From the NCBI GenBank assembly GCA_030041455.1, contig JASHNV010000119.1, positions 19,787 to 83,786 of the forward strand: 64,000 nucleotides of DNA. Reading direction: 5' to 3'. The DNA comes from Spirochaetia bacterium (lineage in GTDB: Bacteria > Spirochaetota > Spirochaetia > DAHUYW01). Positions 59,977 through 64,000 of this stretch are shown here, one piece after another; within the stretch, counting starts at the first letter, position 1; every line of letters begins with the position of its first letter. A model generated the notes under the pieces. It worked only from the letters and a program-made list of their open reading frames with translations. It did no database searches and was not told the DNA's origin. Position numbers and translations under genes: made by a program.

Positions 59977-60731
59977 GCACGTTGAAGCGCGCGAGGCGAC
60001 CGCTCCTTCCCTGGGTTCTCACCGCCGCGCTCGCGGCGGCGTTCTGCCTCCTCGCCGCCGACACCGAGATCTGGAAGGCGGGCCTTGCGCTCCTTTTTCC
60101 GGGCGCCTCGGAGCTTGTCTTCCCGCGGGAGAGCGTCGGCTCGCTCGTGGCGGAGCACCTCCTCCTCGTCGCCGTCTCGACGGCGCTCGCCGCGGCGCTC
60201 GGCATCGGAATCGGAACGTTGGTCACTCGAGGCCGGGGCAGGGCCTTCCTCGGCATCGTCGGGGATCTGACCGCGCTCGGCCAGACCGTCCCCCCGGTCG
60301 CCGTCCTCGCGCTCTCGGTCCCCCTCCTCGGTTTCGGCGCGGCGCCGACGGTGCTCGCGCTCTTTCTCTACGGCCTCCTTCCGATCCTCCGCAATACGGT
60401 CGCCGGCCTCGGCGGCGTGCCGCCTGAGGTGATCGAGGCGGCGCGGGGCATGGGGATGACCTCCCGGCAGTGCCTGTTCAAGGCGGAGCTTCCGCTCGCG
60501 ATCCCGGTCATCATGGCGGGCGTTCGAACCGCCGGGGTCGTCAACGTGGGCACCGCGGCGATCGGCGCGGTGGTCGGCGCCGGAGGTCTCGGCGCTCCGA
60601 TCATATCGGGGCTCGTCCGCGAGAACCCCTCGTTCGTGACCGAGGGCGCCGTCGCGGCGGGGCTCCTCGCGCTCGTCGTGGACCAGATTCTCGCGCGCGT
60701 CGAGTCGGCGCTCGGCGCCGTGTCGCGGTAG
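59973..60731 (+). CDS. yehW: Osmoprotectant ABC transporter permease (YehW-like)
   Basis: TTG at 59973. GQTVPPVAVLAL and EAARGMGMT motifs. Confidence 0.88.
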   Translation: MSTLKRARRPLLPWVLTAALAAAFCLLAADTEIWKAGLALLFPGASELVFPRESVGSLVAEHLLLVAVSTALAAALGIGIGTLVTRGRGRAFLGIVGDLTALGQTVPPVAVLALSVPLLGFGAAPTVLALFLYGLLPILRNTVAGLGGVPPEVIEAARGMGMTSRQCLFKAELPLAIPVIMAGVRTAGVVNVGTAAIGAVVGAGGLGAPIISGLVRENPSFVTEGAVAAGLLALVVDQILARVESALGAVSR

Positions 60732-60737
60732 CGTCCG

Positions 60738-61595
60738 TTAGGAGGGGATCGGCGGCTCGAGCGAGTCGATGTCGATCGCCTGAGGCTGCGCCTGAGGCAC
60801 CTTCACGGCCTGGATCCTGCGGTCCATGTCGGCCTGCAGCACCCCGTAGATGAAAGCGTGGAGCCGCTCGGTGGTCTTGCTGTCGATGTCCTTGTCGAAC
60901 AGGACGACGTAGAGCTCGCCGTCCTGCGGGGAGCTGCGCCTCCCGGCGACCGTGCCGGTCACCCTGCACAGCCTCCCGCGGAGCTTGAGCTGGATGTCGG
61001 GGAAGCGCGTGCTCGGCTCGAAGCGCGCGGAGCGCGCGTCGAAGACGCAGGCCATCCCCGCCGAGCTGATGTCGCGGATCACGCCGGCGTGGTAGCTGCC
61101 GTTGTACTTGACGTTGAACGCCGCGAGGGAGCCGTCGTTGCAGACGGCGCGGACGAATCTCCGCTTGTCCTCCGCGTGGATCGCTTTCAGGGCGGCGAGC
61201 ACGAGCTTCGTCGATTCCTCGGCGCCCGCCCGCAGCCGGATGAAACCGCAGGGAACCTTGAGCTCGACGAGGTACTTCCGCAGGAGCTCCCGCTCCTCCC
61301 TGAACGAGACGACCCCGATCTGAACGCCCGCCGTCTCGGCGGAGCCCATGAGCGAGCGCACGTACTCGGCGCAGTCGAGCCCCTTCACCTCGTTATCGAC
61401 GTTCACGAACAGGACCGAGCGCTCGAACTGCCGCAGGAGCGGCACGAGCTTCACGTGGTCCTGGATCATGTAGACCTCGTACTCGCTCTGGATGATGCTC
61501 TGGACCATCTCCTCCAGGATCACCTTCGGCGGGTAGAGGAAGAACACCTTGCGGCCCCAGCCGTCGGCCGCCTGACTCGCGGGTCGATCTGCCAA
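60738..61595 (-). CDS. PilZ-domain c-di-GMP receptor
   Basis: RRFVR (RxxxR) and DISSAG (DxSxxG) motifs. Confidence 0.88.
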   Translation of the reverse strand: MADRPASQAADGWGRKVFFLYPPKVILEEMVQSIIQSEYEVYMIQDHVKLVPLLRQFERSVLFVNVDNEVKGLDCAEYVRSLMGSAETAGVQIGVVSFREERELLRKYLVELKVPCGFIRLRAGAEESTKLVLAALKAIHAEDKRRFVRAVCNDGSLAAFNVKYNGSYHAGVIRDISSAGMACVFDARSARFEPSTRFPDIQLKLRGRLCRVTGTVAGRRSSPQDGELYVVLFDKDIDSKTTERLHAFIYGVLQADMDRRIQAVKVPQAQPQAIDIDSLEPPIPS

Positions 61596-61609
61596 GCGCT
61601 ACCTCCCGA

Positions 61610-62302
61610 TCACGAGATCCACCGCCCGGGCGCCATCCCGGCCGAAAGGCCCCTGCGGAGGTGGGCGAGATACTCGCGGCGCCCGATCTCCCGGGCGCCG
61701 AAGCGCTCGAGGTGGTCGGTTCGCACCTGACAATCGATCAGGGAAAGGCCCGCCGCCTTCAGGCGCTCCGCGAGGGCGACGAACGCGACTTTCGAGGCGT
61801 CCGGCGCGCTGCTGAACATCGATTCTCCCATGAACAGGCTCCCGAGGGAGACGCCGTACAGCCCTCCGGCGAGCCGCTCTCCGTCGAACGCCTCGGCGCT
61901 GTGGGCGTAGCCGAGGCGGTGCAGCTCGACGTAGGCCGATATGATCTCCGGAACGATCCAGGTTCCGCTCTGGCCCGCTCGCGGCGCCCCGGCGCACGCC
62001 CTGATGACCTCCTCGAAGCGGGTGTCGAAGGCGACGCGGTAGATCCCGCGGCGGATCGTCCTCGCGAGCGATCTCGGGACGTGCAGCTCGGCGGGAAACA
62101 GGACGAACCTCGGATCGGGGCTCCACCACAGGATGGGCTCGCCGTCAGAATACCACGGAAAGATCCCCTGCCGGTAGGCGGAAAGGAGCATACCGGGGGA
62201 GAGATTTCCGCCGACCGCCACGATGCCCTCGGGGCTCGCGCCGTCGACGGACGGAAAGCGAAAGCTCGCGTGCTCGTCGAGATAGGGGATCTTACGATCC
62301 AC
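61610..62302 (-). CDS. aat: Leucyl/phenylalanyl-tRNA-protein transferase
   Basis: AYRQGIFPW, WWSPDPR, GGLYG, GESMFS and ASKVA motifs. Confidence 0.96.
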   Translation of the reverse strand: MDRKIPYLDEHASFRFPSVDGASPEGIVAVGGNLSPGMLLSAYRQGIFPWYSDGEPILWWSPDPRFVLFPAELHVPRSLARTIRRGIYRVAFDTRFEEVIRACAGAPRAGQSGTWIVPEIISAYVELHRLGYAHSAEAFDGERLAGGLYGVSLGSLFMGESMFSSAPDASKVAFVALAERLKAAGLSLIDCQVRTDHLERFGAREIGRREYLAHLRRGLSAGMAPGRWIS

Positions 62303-64000
62303 GCTTCTCCGTCCGGATCACCACCTTGCCGTCCGCGACGTCGGCGATCGCCTTGCCGCCTCCCGACAGGTCGCCGAAGAGGACCGCGTCGACAAAGTAA
62401 TGCTTGATCTCGTCCTGGACAAGCCTCGCGATGTTGCGGGCGCCGAAGTCCGGCGAGTATCCCTCGCGGGCGATCCACTCGCGCGCCGCGTCGCTCACCT
62501 CGAGGACGACCGATTTCTCGGCTAGCTGCTTTTGGAAGGCGCGGATCTCCTTGTCGACGATCTCGAGAACGATCCGCTCGTCGAGCCTGCCGAAGGCGAC
62601 GACCTTGTCGAGCCGGTTGCGGAACTCGGGAGCGAAGGTGCGCTCCACCGCCTCCTTCACCGCCGACTCGGTCACGACCCGCTGGCCGAAGCCGATGAGC
62701 GGCTTGCCGAGCTCGCGGGCGCCGGCGTTGGAGGTCATGATGATGATCACGTTGCGGAAGTCGGCCTTCCGCCCCGTGTTGTCGGTGAGGGTGGCGTAGT
62801 CCATGACCTGCAGCAGCACGTTGAAGATGTCCGGATGCGCCTTCTCCACCTCGTCGAGGAGGAGCACCGCATGGGGGGTCTTGCGGATCGCGTCGGTAAG
62901 CTGGCCGCCCTCCTCGTATCCCACGTAGCCCGGCGGCGAGCCGATCAGGCGCGCGACCGTGTGCTTCTCCTGGTACTCGCTCATGTCGAAGCGGAGAAGC
63001 GACACGCCGAGGATGTCCGCAAGCTGCCGGGCGAGCTCGGTCTTGCCGACGCCGGTCGGCCCGACGAACAGGAAGGAGGCGACCGGCTTGTTCGGCTCGC
63101 GAAAGCCGGCCCTCGACCGCTTGACCGCGGCGACCACCGCCTCGATCGCGGCGTCCTGGCCGAAGATTCGCGCCTTCAGCTGCGCGTCGAGATCCTTCAG
63201 ACGGGTCACCTCGGTCGCGCCGACCGACTTCTCCGGGATCCTCGCGATCTTGGCGACGACCTTCTCGATCTCGCCGGCCTCGATGACCGTCTCCGCCTGC
63301 TCCGCTTTGTCACGGCCCTCCTTATACGCGAGAATCCGCATGTAGGCGCCCGCTTCGTCCATGACGTCGATCGCTTTGTCGGGAAGCATCCGGTCGTTGA
63401 TGAACTGCGCGGAGAGATCGACCGCGGCGCGCAGCGCCTCGTCGGTGTACCTCACCTCGTGGTACTTCTCGTAGCGATCGCGCAGGCCGAGGAGGATCTC
63501 ATAGGTTTCGTCGGGGGTGGTCTCGTTCACCTCGATCTTCTGGAAGCGCCGGGAGAGCGCGCGATCCTTGTCGAAGAACTTCTTGAACTCGTCGTAGGTG
63601 GTCGAGCCCATACAGCGGAGCTTGCCGGAGGCGAGCGCCGGTTTCAGGAGATTGGAAGCGTCCATCGAGCCTCCGGAGACCGCGCCCGCGCCGACGACCG
63701 TGTGAATCTCGTCGATGAAAAGGATGACCTGCTCCTGCTCCTCGAGCTCCTTGAGAACCTTCTTGATGCGCTCCTCGAAGTCCCCGCGGAACTTGGTCCC
63801 CGCGAGAAGCCCGCCCATGTCGAGGGAGTAGACCCGGTAGCCGCGCAGGAGCGACGGCACCTTCGCGGCGGCGATCCGCTGGGCAAGCCCTTCGGCGACG
63901 GCAGTCTTTCCGACCCCGGGGTCGCCCACGAGCACGGGGTTGTTCTTCAACCGCCGGCAGAGCACCTGGATCGTGCGCTCGAGGATGTCCTCGCGGCCGA
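62292..64000 (-). CDS. clpA: Clp protease ATP-binding subunit ClpA (5' end outside the window)
   Basis: GDPGVGKT and [11 protein letters not shown]+ domains and RFDMSEY. There is no ClpB middle domain, and aat is adjacent. Confidence 0.93.
   Translation of the reverse strand, partial: GREDILERTIQVLCRRLKNNPVLVGDPGVGKTAVAEGLAQRIAAAKVPSLLRGYRVYSLDMGGLLAGTKFRGDFEERIKKVLKELEEQEQVILFIDEIHTVVGAGAVSGGSMDASNLLKPALASGKLRCMGSTTYDEFKKFFDKDRALSRRFQKIEVNETTPDETYEILLGLRDRYEKYHEVRYTDEALRAAVDLSAQFINDRMLPDKAIDVMDEAGAYMRILAYKEGRDKAEQAETVIEAGEIEKVVAKIARIPEKSVGATEVTRLKDLDAQLKARIFGQDAAIEAVVAAVKRSRAGFREPNKPVASFLFVGPTGVGKTELARQLADILGVSLLRFDMSEYQEKHTVARLIGSPPGYVGYEEGGQLTDAIRKTPHAVLLLDEVEKAHPDIFNVLLQVMDYATLTDNTGRKADFRNVIIIMTSNAGARELGKPLIGFGQRVVTESAVKEAVERTFAPEFRNRLDKVVAFGRLDERIVLEIVDKEIRAFQKQLAEKSVVLEVSDAAREWIAREGYSPDFGARNIARLVQDEIKHYFVDAVLFGDLSGGGKAIADVADGKVVIRTEKRGS

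Overview
High-GC chromosomal window, most likely from a Spirochaetota bacterium. This call rests on a short AlaRS, a homodimeric GlyRS, an orphan FliG paralogue, a ThrRS-N/uridine-kinase fusion and a PilZ protein. It is mostly housekeeping DNA: ligA, dnaE-yggT-recG-rsmD-hisZ, hisG-hisB, alaS, tRNA-Phe, gltX-glyQS-tyrS, csoR-copA, osmF-yehYXW and clpA-aat. I saw no CRISPR array, transposase, integrase or prophage. Five signals stand out. (1) A probable ~125-nt minus-strand small RNA at ~54665-54790 has an ECF-sigma-like promoter and a terminator whose loop displays an anti-Shine-Dalgarno sequence. (2) A translationally coupled LoaP-antiterminator operon joins an NDP-sugar dehydratase and a DegT aminotransferase to a xanthine-dehydrogenase-like trio whose Moco-binding motifs are degenerate. 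(3) The FAD subunit of that trio has no canonical start and sits in frame behind a single TAG, which points to an ACG start or read-through. (4) A Bacteroidetes-like serine palmitoyltransferase candidate is present. (5) A LacI-controlled sugar locus pairs a D-lyxose-type isomerase with an L-sorbose-reductase-like SDR. All family calls come from motif recognition by eye; no database searches were run.
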